Shown piece after piece: positions 1 to 10,212 of a stretch of DNA of 44,294 nucleotides (its first letter is position 1; each line of letters begins with the position of its first letter). Source of the DNA: an uncultured Planctomycetales bacterium (lineage in GTDB: Bacteria; Omnitrophota; Gorgyraeia; Gygaellales; Profunditerraquicolaceae). The stretch covers positions 1 through 44,294 of the forward strand of contig CAZPNW010000074.1 in NCBI GenBank assembly GCA_964588175.1. The letters run 5' to 3'. A program made the position numbers and the translations under genes. Under the pieces are notes generated by a model that had not been told where the DNA came from, did not search any database, and saw only the letters and a program-made list of their open reading frames with translations.

Positions 1-561
1 TTTAAAGCTCAGCTTGCCTCTCAGTTTGGCAAGTATGGCGATGATGCCCGTCGGGCTATGGGTGGATATGGGTTCGTTACCAGGGATTTCAAGAAGGCTA
101 TGTTCTCTCCTGTCGTCAATGCCGGTTATATGTATTTGTCAGGCGATGACCGCGATTCATCTACCAATGAATCCTGGAATCCCGTATTTTCCCGTTGGCC
201 GATCATGTCAGATGTTTATTCAGAACTGTATTATCTGACGTATAATAACGAAGCGGGCGCGCTTGGTTATTGGACAAATCTACAATTGTATAAGATCGGC
301 TTGGGGTTGTCTCCTACAAAAAAGACAAAATTGAGCCTCGCATATTATTATTTAAGAGCTAATGAAACTATTACTCCGACGAGTGATACCTTCGGTACGG
401 GAAAAAACAGGGGTACGCTTACTCAGGCAAAGTTCGATTACACCTTTAATAAAAATCTTTCCGCGTATGTCATGGGTGAATATTTACATGCCGGTGATTT
501 TTATGTGGCCAGCGCCGATGATGCTTGTTTCTTGAGGACGCAGCTCGAACTGAAATTCTAA
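1..561 (+). CDS. Outer-membrane beta-barrel protein (porin / alginate-export-like), C-terminal part; 5' end lies outside the window
   Basis: Frame 1 is open from base 1 to TAA at 559-561. Alternating beta-strand-like pattern rich in Tyr/Gly/Asn. C-terminus ...RTQLELKF ends in Phe, as in BAM-dependent barrels. Confidence 0.5.
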   Translation, partial: FKAQLASQFGKYGDDARRAMGGYGFVTRDFKKAMFSPVVNAGYMYLSGDDRDSSTNESWNPVFSRWPIMSDVYSELYYLTYNNEAGALGYWTNLQLYKIGLGLSPTKKTKLSLAYYYLRANETITPTSDTFGTGKNRGTLTQAKFDYTFNKNLSAYVMGEYLHAGDFYVASADDACFLRTQLELKF

Positions 562-577
562 AGTAATTATTTTTGCT

Positions 578-611
578 CAAAGGGGAGGATAGGTTCGTGT
601 CCTCCCCTTTG
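578..611 (+). terminator. Perfect 12-bp hairpin downstream of the barrel gene (no clear U-tract)
   Basis: CAAAGGGGAGGA (578-589) pairs perfectly with TCCTCCCCTTTG (600-611) around a 10-nt loop. It lies 17 nt after the stop codon. Confidence 0.5.
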
Positions 612-673
612 ATAACAGCGTTGTTGGATTTTAAAGTTTGCGTCGTCAAGGGCAAAGATTTATTAAAAAAATC

Positions 674-702
674 TTGACAAAAAATTTATATTCTTTATTA
701 TA
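674..702 (+). promoter_or_regulatory. Sigma70-like promoter upstream of the binding-protein/MCP operon
   Basis: TTGACA (674-679), 17-nt spacer, ATTATA (697-702), in an AT-rich intergenic region. Confidence 0.45.
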
Positions 703-761
703 GAGTTAATGCAAATGAAAAATCTAAATTCCAATCATTATTCTTGCGGAACATTTTTTAA

Positions 762-791
762 AGCGAAAGAAAGGTCACTTTCGCTTTTTTT
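762..791 (+). terminator. Intrinsic terminator-like hairpin with U-tract inside the leader of the 815 gene (candidate attenuator or end of a small RNA)
   Basis: AGCGAAAG (762-769) pairs with CTTTCGCT (778-785) around an 8-nt loop, followed by TTTTTTT (786-791). It sits between the 674-702 promoter and the GGAGG RBS of the 815 gene. Confidence 0.55.
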
Positions 792-814
792 ATTATCATT
801 TAAGGAGGTGTAGT

Positions 815-2095
815 ATGAAGGGAAAAGTCTTTATTTTTTTACTCGCGTTAAGCCTGGTGGTATCGGGGATGAGTTTATTTGTTCCTGTCGGCCATGCTGA
901 AGAAGATACTTTAACCATTGGCATAAATGTTCCTTTGACCGGTTCTTATTCTGAGCAGGGTGCAGATGAGCGCAAAGCGGATAAATTAGCGAGTGATGAA
1001 GTCAATGCTGCCGGCGGATTGTTAGGCAAGCGCGTTGTGTATGTGGAAAAAGATTCAGAAACAAACGCGCAGGTATCCGCAAAGAACGCCGCTGAATTAT
1101 ACGATACCTATAACGCGGTAATGGTTACGGGTGGTTCTGCCAGCAGCGAAGCTGTCGCGCAGGCGAAAGTCGCGGCAGAAAAAGGTAAGATCTTTATGGT
1201 ATGTTTGAGCCATTCAGACGCGACAACCGGTTATGAAATCGACGCAAAGACGGGTGAGCCTACCTATCAGGCGCTCAACCGCTATATATTCCGCTGGTAT
1301 CATCACGCGTGGATGTCTGCTCATGCAGCCAGTGAGTATCTGATCAACAAATTCGGAAAAAGCGCTAAATATTATTATGTGACCGCAGATTATACCTGGG
1401 GCCATACGGTTGAAAAATCTTTCCGTCAGGTCTTGGAAGCTGCAGGATGCCAAACCATCGGCGCGGTACGCTCTCCTTTAGGTGAGAAAAGTTTTGTGAA
1501 ATATCTTTTGGATGCTAAAGCTGCGAAGCCGGATGTATTGGTTTTAGTCCAGTTTGGCAAAGATATGGTCAATTCCTTGAAGCAAGCCACAGCAATGGGT
1601 ATTAAGAAAGATATGAAGATCGTTGTTCCTCTGATGGAGCTTTATATGGCAAAAGGTGCCGGCCCTGAAGCTATGGAAGGGGTCATTTGTACTTCTCCCT
1701 GGGAATGGCAGTTACAGGATAAATATCCCGGATCCAAAACTTTTGTTGAGAAGTTCAAAGCGCGGTATGGAACGTATCCCGGTAATGCTGCGGCTGCCGC
1801 CTGGGTAGCGATCATGGAATATACCGACGCGGTTAAAAGAGCGGGGACTATTGATGCCAAAACTGTGATCAAGGCGCTCGAAGGGCATAAGTTCACGGTC
1901 CTTAAGGGTGAGGAATCCTGGAGAGAATGGGACCATCAGGCAATGACCTCGACATTGATCCTTGAAGGAAAAGCAGCCGGCGAAATGAACGGCGAATGGG
2001 ATCTGGTTAAGATCATTGATGAAGTGCCCGGAGAAAAAGTTGCTCCGACCAAGAAGGATAATCCGGTAAAGTGGGATGATAAAGAGAAATTTTAA
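815..2095 (+). CDS. Periplasmic binding protein, type 1 (LivJ/LivK-like, branched-chain amino acid/amide family), with signal peptide
   Basis: RBS AAGGAGG 6 nt upstream. N-terminal signal peptide. TIGINVPLTGSYSEQG...AAGGLLGKRV motif typical of Peripla_BP_6-type binding proteins. Confidence 0.8.
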   Translation: MKGKVFIFLLALSLVVSGMSLFVPVGHAEEDTLTIGINVPLTGSYSEQGADERKADKLASDEVNAAGGLLGKRVVYVEKDSETNAQVSAKNAAELYDTYNAVMVTGGSASSEAVAQAKVAAEKGKIFMVCLSHSDATTGYEIDAKTGEPTYQALNRYIFRWYHHAWMSAHAASEYLINKFGKSAKYYYVTADYTWGHTVEKSFRQVLEAAGCQTIGAVRSPLGEKSFVKYLLDAKAAKPDVLVLVQFGKDMVNSLKQATAMGIKKDMKIVVPLMELYMAKGAGPEAMEGVICTSPWEWQLQDKYPGSKTFVEKFKARYGTYPGNAAAAAWVAIMEYTDAVKRAGTIDAKTVIKALEGHKFTVLKGEESWREWDHQAMTSTLILEGKAAGEMNGEWDLVKIIDEVPGEKVAPTKKDNPVKWDDKEKF

Positions 2096-2100
2096 TCGGG

Positions 2101-3084
2101 GTGCGTACTCGTTTAAATATGAAAAATCAAAGATCAGTTTTTAAGGCGTACATAATCGCAGCAATGGTTTTTCTGGGGACCTTAAGCGCTTTTGCTCAAC
2201 AAGAGGAATATCGCTTCCGTGTAGGCGTTATGCCTCTTGTTGAGCATATCCCGTTGCTCGTGGCGCAGGGAGAAATAGCTTCTAGTAACGCGAAAGAAAA
2301 AGTCCAATTGGATGTGTATAATTCCTGGACCGCGCTTGAAGCTGCTTTCCGCACGGGCGCAATCGATGGGGCCGCTATTACCCTGCCTAAGGCATTATTG
2401 ATGGCATATGAGGGGATCCCGTTAAAGATACTTTTGAACGTGGGAAGGAACGGCAGTGTGATCGTTGTTAATAATGATTCGGCAGATGCGTTAAAAGGAA
2501 AGATCATGGGCGGTTCCGGCAATGATACCATGGATCTCCTGGTTTTTGCCCGCTTTTTGAAAGACAAGAAGCTGCGCTTGGGCCGTGATGTGCGTTATTT
2601 GCTCATTCCTTTTAGCAGGACCATATCTCTTATGAAAGAGGAAAGGATCTTCGGTTTCTGTCTTTCAGAGCCTTATGGCGCGCTGGCAGAAAAAGAAGCG
2701 GTAGCAAAAAGGGTCATCTTGAGTAAAGATGTGTACCCGAATCATATAAATAGTGTTTTTATCGTCAGCCCTAAGGCGCTGAAAGAGCATCCTGATGTGG
2801 TTAAGGCCTTTGTAAAGAGTTTGATCAAAGCAGGGACTTTTATTGAAAAAGATAAAGATGATTCGGGCGGCAGGCAGACAGCGATGTCCCAGGTGAATAT
2901 TTTCAAAATGGACCCTGAATTAGTCGCCAGGGCACTAACGATGCCTAAGGATAGGATGGTTTTTAAGAATTTTGTCCCGCAGGTCGCAGAGATAGAAGAG
3001 ATAGCTAAAAGCCTGATGTCGTTGAATGTTTTAAGCGGGATGGTGAATCTAAAAGAAATCATAGATACGCGGTATAGCGAATAA
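2101..3084 (+). CDS. Periplasmic binding protein, NMT1/SsuA-like (NitT/TauT family)
   Basis: Signal peptide ...LSAFAQQ, then [18 protein letters not shown], typical of NMT1-type binding proteins. The start may be GTG 2101 or ATG 2119. It lies 5 nt after the preceding gene. Confidence 0.6.
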   Translation: MRTRLNMKNQRSVFKAYIIAAMVFLGTLSAFAQQEEYRFRVGVMPLVEHIPLLVAQGEIASSNAKEKVQLDVYNSWTALEAAFRTGAIDGAAITLPKALLMAYEGIPLKILLNVGRNGSVIVVNNDSADALKGKIMGGSGNDTMDLLVFARFLKDKKLRLGRDVRYLLIPFSRTISLMKEERIFGFCLSEPYGALAEKEAVAKRVILSKDVYPNHINSVFIVSPKALKEHPDVVKAFVKSLIKAGTFIEKDKDDSGGRQTAMSQVNIFKMDPELVARALTMPKDRMVFKNFVPQVAEIEEIAKSLMSLNVLSGMVNLKEIIDTRYSE

Positions 3085-3094
3085 AAATATAACT

Positions 3095-5455
3095 ATGAGC
3101 GAAAACATTATCATGGAAGAAAAAAAAGGATTTAAGTTAAGGCTTTCTCATAAGATATTAGGTCTTGTTATTTTAATCTTTTTTCTTTGCAGCAGCGGCG
3201 CGATCATCTCCGGCATTCTTTCTAATCAGCGGCTTGAGCGGGATATCAGTAAGAATGTCACTGATTCCTTTGATAATGTTTTTAATGATGTTAAAAATCT
3301 TTTTAAGAATTTTCAGAATATAGCGGAAGAGAGTGTCAAGAAAACCAGCGGTTTAGTTGCCTTGGGGGAGATAAAAGAAATCGCCCAGAAGAGCCAGGGG
3401 AAATTCCAGGGGTATACCCAGGAAATGATCACCAAAACCGGTACGGATGTCGCGCTTTCTTTGAAAGAACTTGAAACTTCCATGGCAGAAGGGTTCAATT
3501 CCAGCTTGGCGGTCGCCTCTGAAGCGGTAGGGCAGACGATCGAAGAAGCGACAAAATCTCAGGATGTTTTGACTCAATTGGCCTATTTTCGCGTTGAAGG
3601 CCTGATCCAGGCAAGTTTGGACGGATTCGGTAAAATAGAAGAAGTGTTGGTGATATTAGGGCATCAATTAGAAGATATCACGGGAGGTCTTAACGATCAG
3701 GTTGATGATAATACGATCCAGATGATGACGATCTTAGGGGAAGCTGCGGCGGCTGCTCCGGGTTTTAGCTCTGATAAAGCTATGGAAAAGATCATGCCTT
3801 TGCAGGAGAGCCTTAAAAATAATATCAAAAAAGGCTACGGCCGGGCATATTCCACTACGCAAAGGGAAATTCAGCGCGTTATCGGCGTTATTAAGGAACA
3901 GATGCGCCTCATGGACCTCAAGATCAAGACAGATGCCGATAAAGAAAAGATCATGACCTCTCAGGTATTGCAGGCTTTATTTGAAGAATCGATCGCTAAA
4001 GTCATTAATATTCAATCTGAAGCGCGTGAAAAGATCGCAACGGTTGAAAATACGCTATCAGGCAAGATCGATCGTTTAAATACTGAAGTGCCGAAAGAGC
4101 TTTCAGCATTTGGCGACGAGATGCGCAAAGAGATCGATACCAAGACAGCAGAAACCGTCAAGGGGGCGGCTGCGGTCATTGAAGAATCCCGGAATGCTTT
4201 AAATCAATCTCAGGAATCTGCGGCTAAGCGTATTGAGGAAATTAAAGTTTCTTCAGTTGAACAAGTTAAGAAAGGCATCGTTGAAGTCGGGAAGAGTTCT
4301 TTGATCTATTTATTCGGGTCAATGATCATCATCGCCGTCGTTTTTGTCATTGTTTCTTTGATCATTGTCCGCACCATTACCAAGCCGAGCACGCTCATGT
4401 TAGCTATGCTGAAGGCATTGGCTAAAGGAAAAGGCGACCTGACAAACAGGATCTCGATCAAATCTTCCGATGAGATCGGGGACCTCGCGAACTGGTTTAA
4501 TGTTTTTCTAGAGCAGATGCGTAATATGATCTCCCAGATCCTGGTTAATACCGAACAGGTTTCAAATGCCGCCCAGCAGTTTTCTGCGAATGCGGAGGAA
4601 ACGAACGCTTCAATGGTGCAGATCAGTAATGGTATTCAGGATATTTCTAAAGGCGCCTCTACCCAGCTGGATAAGGTCCGTGAGGTCGAGAAGATATTCG
4701 ATGAATTGGCCTCAAGGCTGAAGCTGGTCGCTACCAATGCCGAAGTTGCCAAAGACAGCTCTGTTAAGTCGGCGGAACACGCGGCACAGGGTAAAGAATC
4801 CACGATCCAGTTGATCGACAAGATCAATAAGATAGTTGAGGCGGCTAATTTATCATCGACCGCTATTCAGGAATTGAAAGATAGCTCTAAAGAGATCGGG
4901 GACATTATTGTCACCATTACCTCTTTTGCCGACCAGACAAATCTTTTGTCTTTAAACGCCGCTATTGAAGCAGCGCGCGCGGGTGACGCGGGAAGAGGTT
5001 TTGCCGTTGTTGCTGAAGAAGTCAGGAAGCTTGCTGAAGGTTCTGCGCACGCAGCCAACCGGATCGCGCAACTGGTCCAAAAGATCATTAATGAGATCGA
5101 TAGGGCTGTCGGATTGGTTGTCAGCGAAAAAGAACAGGCTGAAGACGGCAGGAAGATCGTGCAGGTCACCAGTAAAGTACAAGAAAGTATCCTTACTGTG
5201 GCAAATAAAGCAAAAGATTTGATGATCACGATCTCAGAATCAGTTCCTGCGCAGATCCGTGCGACGGAGAAGGTTATGGATGTGGTTAAACAAGTCGCCC
5301 AGGTCGCAGAACAGAATGCCGCGTCAACCCAGCAATTCTCAGCCAGTACCGAGGAAATGACCGCGTCAATGGAAGAAATGAGCGCGGGGGCGGCTGAATT
5401 AGCAAAGACCTCTTCTGAATTAAGGGAATTGGTAGGCCAATTCAAAGTAAAATAA
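3095..5455 (+). CDS. Methyl-accepting chemotaxis protein (2 TM, long helical periplasmic region, HAMP, MCP signalling domain)
   Basis: TM segments near aa 22-42 and 403-425. HAMP-like ...[17 protein letters not shown]. Highly conserved hairpin tip motif [34 protein letters not shown]. Confidence 0.9.
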   Translation: MSENIIMEEKKGFKLRLSHKILGLVILIFFLCSSGAIISGILSNQRLERDISKNVTDSFDNVFNDVKNLFKNFQNIAEESVKKTSGLVALGEIKEIAQKSQGKFQGYTQEMITKTGTDVALSLKELETSMAEGFNSSLAVASEAVGQTIEEATKSQDVLTQLAYFRVEGLIQASLDGFGKIEEVLVILGHQLEDITGGLNDQVDDNTIQMMTILGEAAAAAPGFSSDKAMEKIMPLQESLKNNIKKGYGRAYSTTQREIQRVIGVIKEQMRLMDLKIKTDADKEKIMTSQVLQALFEESIAKVINIQSEAREKIATVENTLSGKIDRLNTEVPKELSAFGDEMRKEIDTKTAETVKGAAAVIEESRNALNQSQESAAKRIEEIKVSSVEQVKKGIVEVGKSSLIYLFGSMIIIAVVFVIVSLIIVRTITKPSTLMLAMLKALAKGKGDLTNRISIKSSDEIGDLANWFNVFLEQMRNMISQILVNTEQVSNAAQQFSANAEETNASMVQISNGIQDISKGASTQLDKVREVEKIFDELASRLKLVATNAEVAKDSSVKSAEHAAQGKESTIQLIDKINKIVEAANLSSTAIQELKDSSKEIGDIIVTITSFADQTNLLSLNAAIEAARAGDAGRGFAVVAEEVRKLAEGSAHAANRIAQLVQKIINEIDRAVGLVVSEKEQAEDGRKIVQVTSKVQESILTVANKAKDLMITISESVPAQIRATEKVMDVVKQVAQVAEQNAASTQQFSASTEEMTASMEEMSAGAAELAKTSSELRELVGQFKVK

Positions 5456-5479
5456 GTTTACAACAGGTGTTATAATACT

Positions 5480-5779
5480 TTGGACGAGAGAAGAAAATAT
5501 AGCCGCTGGCAGATTGAGAATAAAAAAGCGTCGTTCGGTAAAGGTCATGAGAAAAAGGAAGTTCCCATCGCTGATCTGAGTAGCGGCGGGATGAGGGTTT
5601 TCCTCAATGAAACAGTTCCTGTAGGAAGTAAAGTGACAGGAGAATTTAAGGTTTCGCCGCAATTTGGCACTTATTTTGTCGAAGGCAAGGTTGTTTGGGT
5701 AAAAGAATCGGCGAAACATGCTTCGCATGAAGTAGGTGTCATGTTTGAAAAGATCAACACCATCATGAATCCTTTGTAA
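5480..5779 (+). CDS. PilZ domain protein (c-di-GMP receptor family)
   Basis: RRKYSR (RxxxR) followed by DLSSGG (D/NxSxxG), the PilZ signatures. TTG start, with AGGTG 10 nt upstream. It lies 24 nt after the MCP gene. Confidence 0.7.
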   Translation: MDERRKYSRWQIENKKASFGKGHEKKEVPIADLSSGGMRVFLNETVPVGSKVTGEFKVSPQFGTYFVEGKVVWVKESAKHASHEVGVMFEKINTIMNPL

Positions 5780-5859
5780 GCCCAGCCTTTTTCCGCAAAT
5801 AAGTATCCCTTAACCAGATAAGTGAACGTAAGGTCAGAGAAAAACTAATTTTTAATTCA

Positions 5860-6840
5860 TTAAAGAGGTGAAGGTCCTTGTGAAGGGGTGGCGTCTGGTT
5901 TTTGCCGTCTGTCCTTTAAGTAGATGCTCCCGCCGTAGGTCTTCGCAAAGTGTTTCAGCTCTGTGGCGTTTTGTATAATGGCGGCAATGTGGGTAAACTT
6001 AAGGTGTTCATTGGTCGTAACTCCGATGGAAATACTTAAGAGGGGGATCTTTGTCATTTCGCCTTTTCTGTTGCGCGCGATAATATAACCATTAGCAAGG
6101 TCTTCTTGTTCGTAATATGAGGTGACCGTTTTATCGAAGTCCGCGATAATATATTTACAAACTTCATCAACACATGCCGGGGTAGAGATTAAAATAAAAT
6201 CATCCCCTCCGATGTGCCCGAGAAAATCAGTCCGCGAGCCGTTTTTCTCTAAAGCATTCATGATAATGACCGCGGTATGCGAAATGATGGTGTCGCCGCG
6301 TTCAAACCCATAGCGGTCGTCAAATTCTTTGAATTTATTTAAGTCGACATATCCTACCGCCAGCGGCACATTGGTTTTGACCCGCTCTTCGAGTTCTTTC
6401 ATTACCGAGACGTTTCCGGGGAGTTTGGTTAAAGGGTTGGCATCTAAGTCCCTGGTCAGCCGCACGAGTGACGCTTTTATCCGTACTAATAGTTCTCCCG
6501 GGTCAAAGGGGGTTTCAATATAGTCATCCGCCCCTGCGTAAATGCCCTTGATCTTATTCAGGGGGTCTTTTGAATTCATGAGCATAATGACACTGATATG
6601 GCGAATGCGGTAATTGCTGCGGATAAATTTGCAGATCTCAATGCCGTTCATCTGATGAGCTTCGAAATCAGCGATAACCAGGTTAAACTGTTCTTGGAGC
6701 AAGATCTCTTTTGCTTCTGCCTGGGTTGAACAGCTTTTGACCTTATATCCTTCTCCGCTTAATAATTCTGATAAGAAATTGGTATTTTGAAGGTCAGCGC
6801 AGACAATTAATATTGAATTTTCATTCTTGCTGTCAGTCAT
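5860..6840 (-). CDS. Response-regulator receiver fused to a non-canonical GGDEF-family domain (GGDDF)
   Basis: N-terminal CheY-like fold (LIVCAD..., VIADFE acceptor Asp). C-terminal PLTKLPGN...[19 protein letters not shown]...[11 protein letters not shown] matches the GGDEF palm-domain layout with substitutions. Confidence 0.8.
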   Translation of the reverse strand: MTDSKNENSILIVCADLQNTNFLSELLSGEGYKVKSCSTQAEAKEILLQEQFNLVIADFEAHQMNGIEICKFIRSNYRIRHISVIMLMNSKDPLNKIKGIYAGADDYIETPFDPGELLVRIKASLVRLTRDLDANPLTKLPGNVSVMKELEERVKTNVPLAVGYVDLNKFKEFDDRYGFERGDTIISHTAVIIMNALEKNGSRTDFLGHIGGDDFILISTPACVDEVCKYIIADFDKTVTSYYEQEDLANGYIIARNRKGEMTKIPLLSISIGVTTNEHLKFTHIAAIIQNATELKHFAKTYGGSIYLKDRRQKPDATPSQGPSPL

Positions 6841-6842
6841 GG

Positions 6843-7451
6843 TTAGCTTTGGTTAATGTTTTCAAGCATTTTTTTACATGCGGCCTGGATAAATTGGACT
6901 GTTTGCGGTGTCAATACCAGGTAAAAACATCCGGTGATCTTCTGTTGTGGTTCTTCAAAGGTCGTTTCTATAAAGAGTACATATTCATTATCAGAGGCGA
7001 GTATCATGTTTAAGATCTGCTTGATCGGGCCGTTTACTAAGGTCGGGATAGAAGGAATGATCAGGGATTGCAAAAGAATACTTAAGGCTCCGACAAAAGA
7101 AGAAATTACCACATTTCCCACTTCTTTCATCAATGACATCCCCATTTCAGTGAATACGCCGCATTGTTTTTCGTCGGGCTTCCTGCCGTAGCACATGTCG
7201 ATCAATTTATATGCGCTTTTTTCGTCAAGAAGGAATAAGATCTTCCCTTCGAGCCCGGTCAGCAGGTTCCCTAAGATACTGACCACGATCTGGTTTTCGC
7301 TAAAACGGTTCAGGATGTCAGCGCTGGAGACAAACGTTAAGGCGGGGACTTTAAGGTTTATTTTTCGCCCGATTATTTCTGAAAGGGCAATACTTCCCTG
7401 GCCGGCTGAAATCGTGCCCATCTCCCTTAAAATGTCCATTTCGTCTTTCAT
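6843..7451 (-). CDS. cheC: CheC/CheX-family chemotaxis phosphatase
   Basis: [24 protein letters not shown] and [18 protein letters not shown] match the duplicated CheC E-x2-N helices. The first site is degenerate (EMGT). It lies 2 nt upstream of the REC-GGDEF gene on the same strand. Confidence 0.65.
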   Translation of the reverse strand: MKDEMDILREMGTISAGQGSIALSEIIGRKINLKVPALTFVSSADILNRFSENQIVVSILGNLLTGLEGKILFLLDEKSAYKLIDMCYGRKPDEKQCGVFTEMGMSLMKEVGNVVISSFVGALSILLQSLIIPSIPTLVNGPIKQILNMILASDNEYVLFIETTFEEPQQKITGCFYLVLTPQTVQFIQAACKKMLENINQS

Positions 7452-7852
7452 ATGATTCCTCCCCGTGTTTCGGGACTATTGTGCAAAGAAGGCATGGTTT
7501 TTTTTATAAACATAATAATTTTGAAAATGAGCATAAAAAATGCTATACTTATAACATTCTTTTGCTGCGAGTATTTTTAGTGCTTTGCAGGAGTACAAAA
7601 TATAAACCGGGAGAATAACTATTCTTCCGGAACGCTCAGCTAGATAAATAATAACATAATTTATTTTAAGGTCAAGCGAAATATGGCGGTATTTGTCTTG
7701 CGTAATAAAAACCTTGACCATTTCATGAACTTGTGCTAAATTTTAATGATACCCCAAGGTAAAATCCTTTTCTTGTAACCTTATCTCTATGAACTTGATT
7801 TATTCCAAATACAATGGTATTATATACTACTAATTTAACTCAAGGAGGCTGG

Positions 7853-9187
7853 ATGAAAGTCAGTATAGAAAAAGTAATAATGAACAAATTCTCACTCGGT
7901 GTGGTGGCCTTGTTTCTGTTCTCTTGTTTTTTGGGTATCACCGGTTGTGCTTCGAAGAAACACGAGTCGAAACCTACTATTACGATCTGGCATTGGATGA
8001 CTGACCGCCAGCCTGCTTTTGAAGAATTGGCAAAGCGATATGAAGCAAAAACCGGGACAAAAGTGTTCTTTGAGTTGTATGCGCCTTCGGATGCGTATTC
8101 CCAGAAAGTACGGGCAGCCGCTCAAGGGGCTAATCTGCCCGATATTTTCGGCATATTGGGTGAGAAAAGGGATTTTTCTTCATTTATAAAAGCCGGGCAT
8201 ATCCTTGATTTAACCCCTTATATGAAAGCTGATAATGCACAATGGGAAAACAGCCTTTTTAGTAAAGCCTTGGCTGTCAATGAATTCACGCCTTCTAATA
8301 GCTATGGTATCAATCCGGGTATTTACGGCGTGCCTATTGATATTATGACCATACAGATGGTCTATAATAAGGATTTAATGAAAGAACTCGGGCTTGACCC
8401 GGAGAAAGCGCCGGCGACATTTGAAGAGTTTATAGCTATCGGCAAGAAGATCAAAGAGAAAAATATCCAGGGCCTCGTTTCGGGGTGGGCTGAGTTATGG
8501 ATGATCGACTGCCTGGCGAATAATTATGCCTTCAATATTATGGGTAGGGATAAGGTGCTCGCGACTATTAAAGGGGAGAGCCCGTATACCGATCCTGACT
8601 GGATCAAGGTGCTTACCCTTTTTAAACAGATGCAGGATTCGGGAATTTTGGCAGGCGGTGTCGTGACTATGGTTAATAAGACTGCTGAACAACTTTTTGC
8701 GACTGATAAAGCGGTCTTTGCTTTTAACGGTTCCTGGTGTGTCAATGTTTACCAGGGGATGAATCCTCAGTTGAACTATGCGGCGATGCTGCCTCCTCTG
8801 GCGTCTGATAAATATCCCATGGCGATATGGGGCGGTGCGGGGTCTTCGTTTATGGTCAACGCGAATTCGCCGAAAAAAGAAGAAGCGGTGAAATTCCTGC
8901 AATGGCTTACCTCAAAAGACCAGGAAGTATATTTAGCTGAAGCGACAAAAAATCTTCCTTCAAACAAGGAAAGTTTAGCGAATATACCTGCGATCCTTTC
9001 TCAGTTCGCGGATGATATGGAACAGACAACACACCCGAATATCTGGGGAGTATCGGAATTCCCGGCGGTGATCGAGGCTTTCGATAAGGGGATACAGTTG
9101 ATCATTATCGGCAAAAAGACCCCTGAGCAGGTAGCAGATGAAGTTCAAAAGATCAAAGAGAGAGAATTAAATAAAAAAAGGAAATAG
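7853..9187 (+). CDS. Sugar ABC transporter substrate-binding lipoprotein (solute-binding family 1)
   Basis: AGGAGG (7843-7848) precedes ATG 7853. Lipobox LGITGC. ITIWHWM...FEELAKRYE pattern of MalE/UgpB-type binding proteins. The longer 7814 ORF start lacks an RBS. Confidence 0.85.
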   Translation: MKVSIEKVIMNKFSLGVVALFLFSCFLGITGCASKKHESKPTITIWHWMTDRQPAFEELAKRYEAKTGTKVFFELYAPSDAYSQKVRAAAQGANLPDIFGILGEKRDFSSFIKAGHILDLTPYMKADNAQWENSLFSKALAVNEFTPSNSYGINPGIYGVPIDIMTIQMVYNKDLMKELGLDPEKAPATFEEFIAIGKKIKEKNIQGLVSGWAELWMIDCLANNYAFNIMGRDKVLATIKGESPYTDPDWIKVLTLFKQMQDSGILAGGVVTMVNKTAEQLFATDKAVFAFNGSWCVNVYQGMNPQLNYAAMLPPLASDKYPMAIWGGAGSSFMVNANSPKKEEAVKFLQWLTSKDQEVYLAEATKNLPSNKESLANIPAILSQFADDMEQTTHPNIWGVSEFPAVIEAFDKGIQLIIIGKKTPEQVADEVQKIKERELNKKRK

Positions 9188-9304
9188 GTCCGCCTCCTAT
9201 GCCCATCGATAAGAAAGATGATGGTAGGGTTACGGAGGATCGTGTTGGATAAAAGCGTGTGGAGCTTGATTTCCTCCCTGTTTTCATAAAACGAGACAGA
9301 TACT

Positions 9305-10189
9305 ATGAAGATCAAAGATACTTTAGAAAATTATATTTTTGTGCTCCCCGCGGTACTTATTTTTACGATATTTTATATTGTTCCTTTCTTGTGGGTGTTC
9401 CAGTTGAGCAGGTTCGAATGGGACGGTATTATGCCGACGAAGGTATTTGTCGGTATGGGGAATTTTATAGAAATAATCACTCAGGATAAATCCTGGTGGC
9501 AGGCGATGTGGAACGCCGGATATATTACATTAATAGCCCTTACCTTTCAGAATATTTTCGCGTTTCTCCTGGCTATGGCGTGCGACCGGGAAATACGGCT
9601 CAAGAACTATTACCGGCTTATTTTCTTTATCCCGCCGGTATTGTCTGAGATCGTCGTCGGTATGGTATGGAGGTATGTTATCAATGATATTGACGGCGCG
9701 AATATGATAAATCGTATGTTATCCGCCATAGGGTTGTCAGGATGGACGCAGCATTGGCTCTATGACCCGAAAACCGCTTTGACAACGGTTGCGTTGGTGC
9801 ATTGCTGGAAAGGATTTGGGTGGGGGTTCCTCATCTTCCTGGCGGGGTTACAGACTATCCCTCGGGAGCTCTATGAGGCGGCCCGGGTTGATGGGGCTAA
9901 TGCCTGGCATAGCTTTAAGAATATTACGGTTCCCTTAATGATCCCGGTCACCGTTTTGGTCGCGATACTCACGGTCCTGGGAACTATGCAGGCGTTTGTC
10001 TTGATCATCGGTTTAGTGGGAGGTGAAGTCGGGGGGTATACTTCGGTACCTGTTTTACGTATTTTAGCTTCGATGCGGGGCTCTTCCCGGTTCGGGTATG
10101 CCTGCGCTCAGGGGCTGACCTTCGGTGTAGTCTTGATGGCGATATCATTTGTTCAATACCAGTTCTCCCGTAAATTCCGTCAGACGTAA
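9305..10189 (+). CDS. Sugar ABC transporter permease (MalF/UgpA-like)
   Basis: Six predicted TM segments. EAA loop-like LYEAARVDGANAWHSFKNITVPL. Confidence 0.85.
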   Translation: MKIKDTLENYIFVLPAVLIFTIFYIVPFLWVFQLSRFEWDGIMPTKVFVGMGNFIEIITQDKSWWQAMWNAGYITLIALTFQNIFAFLLAMACDREIRLKNYYRLIFFIPPVLSEIVVGMVWRYVINDIDGANMINRMLSAIGLSGWTQHWLYDPKTALTTVALVHCWKGFGWGFLIFLAGLQTIPRELYEAARVDGANAWHSFKNITVPLMIPVTVLVAILTVLGTMQAFVLIIGLVGGEVGGYTSVPVLRILASMRGSSRFGYACAQGLTFGVVLMAISFVQYQFSRKFRQT

Positions 10190-10212
10190 CTTATAAGTAA
10201 GGATAGACTATA

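Noticed and set aside
4867-5445. 192-aa antisense ORF within the MCP gene. Similar long antisense or alternative-frame ORFs occur at 18798-19433 (opposite eno), 39041-39568 (opposite mnmG), 40799-41272 (opposite pit), 12799-13194 and 11036-11317.
   Set aside because: Each lies fully inside a gene with unmistakable family signatures on the other strand or frame. All have Ser/Ala/Cys/Arg-rich shadow-ORF composition, no RBS and no recognisable motifs.
7476-7721. 81-aa ORF on the minus strand in the AT-rich 7452-7852 intergenic region
   Set aside because: Very AT-rich, with Ile/Tyr/Lys/Phe-dominated composition typical of non-coding AT-rich DNA. It lies in the divergent promoter region between cheC and the sugar-binding protein gene. 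A TTGACC-17-TAAATT promoter (7714-7742) and a direct repeat ATGAACTTG (7725, 7789) suggest regulatory DNA instead, but these signals are too weak to call as operators.
9259-9489. 76-aa ORF overlapping the start of the first permease gene
   Set aside because: It is out of frame with, and largely inside, the well-supported permease CDS (9305-10189). Composition is unusual and there is no RBS.
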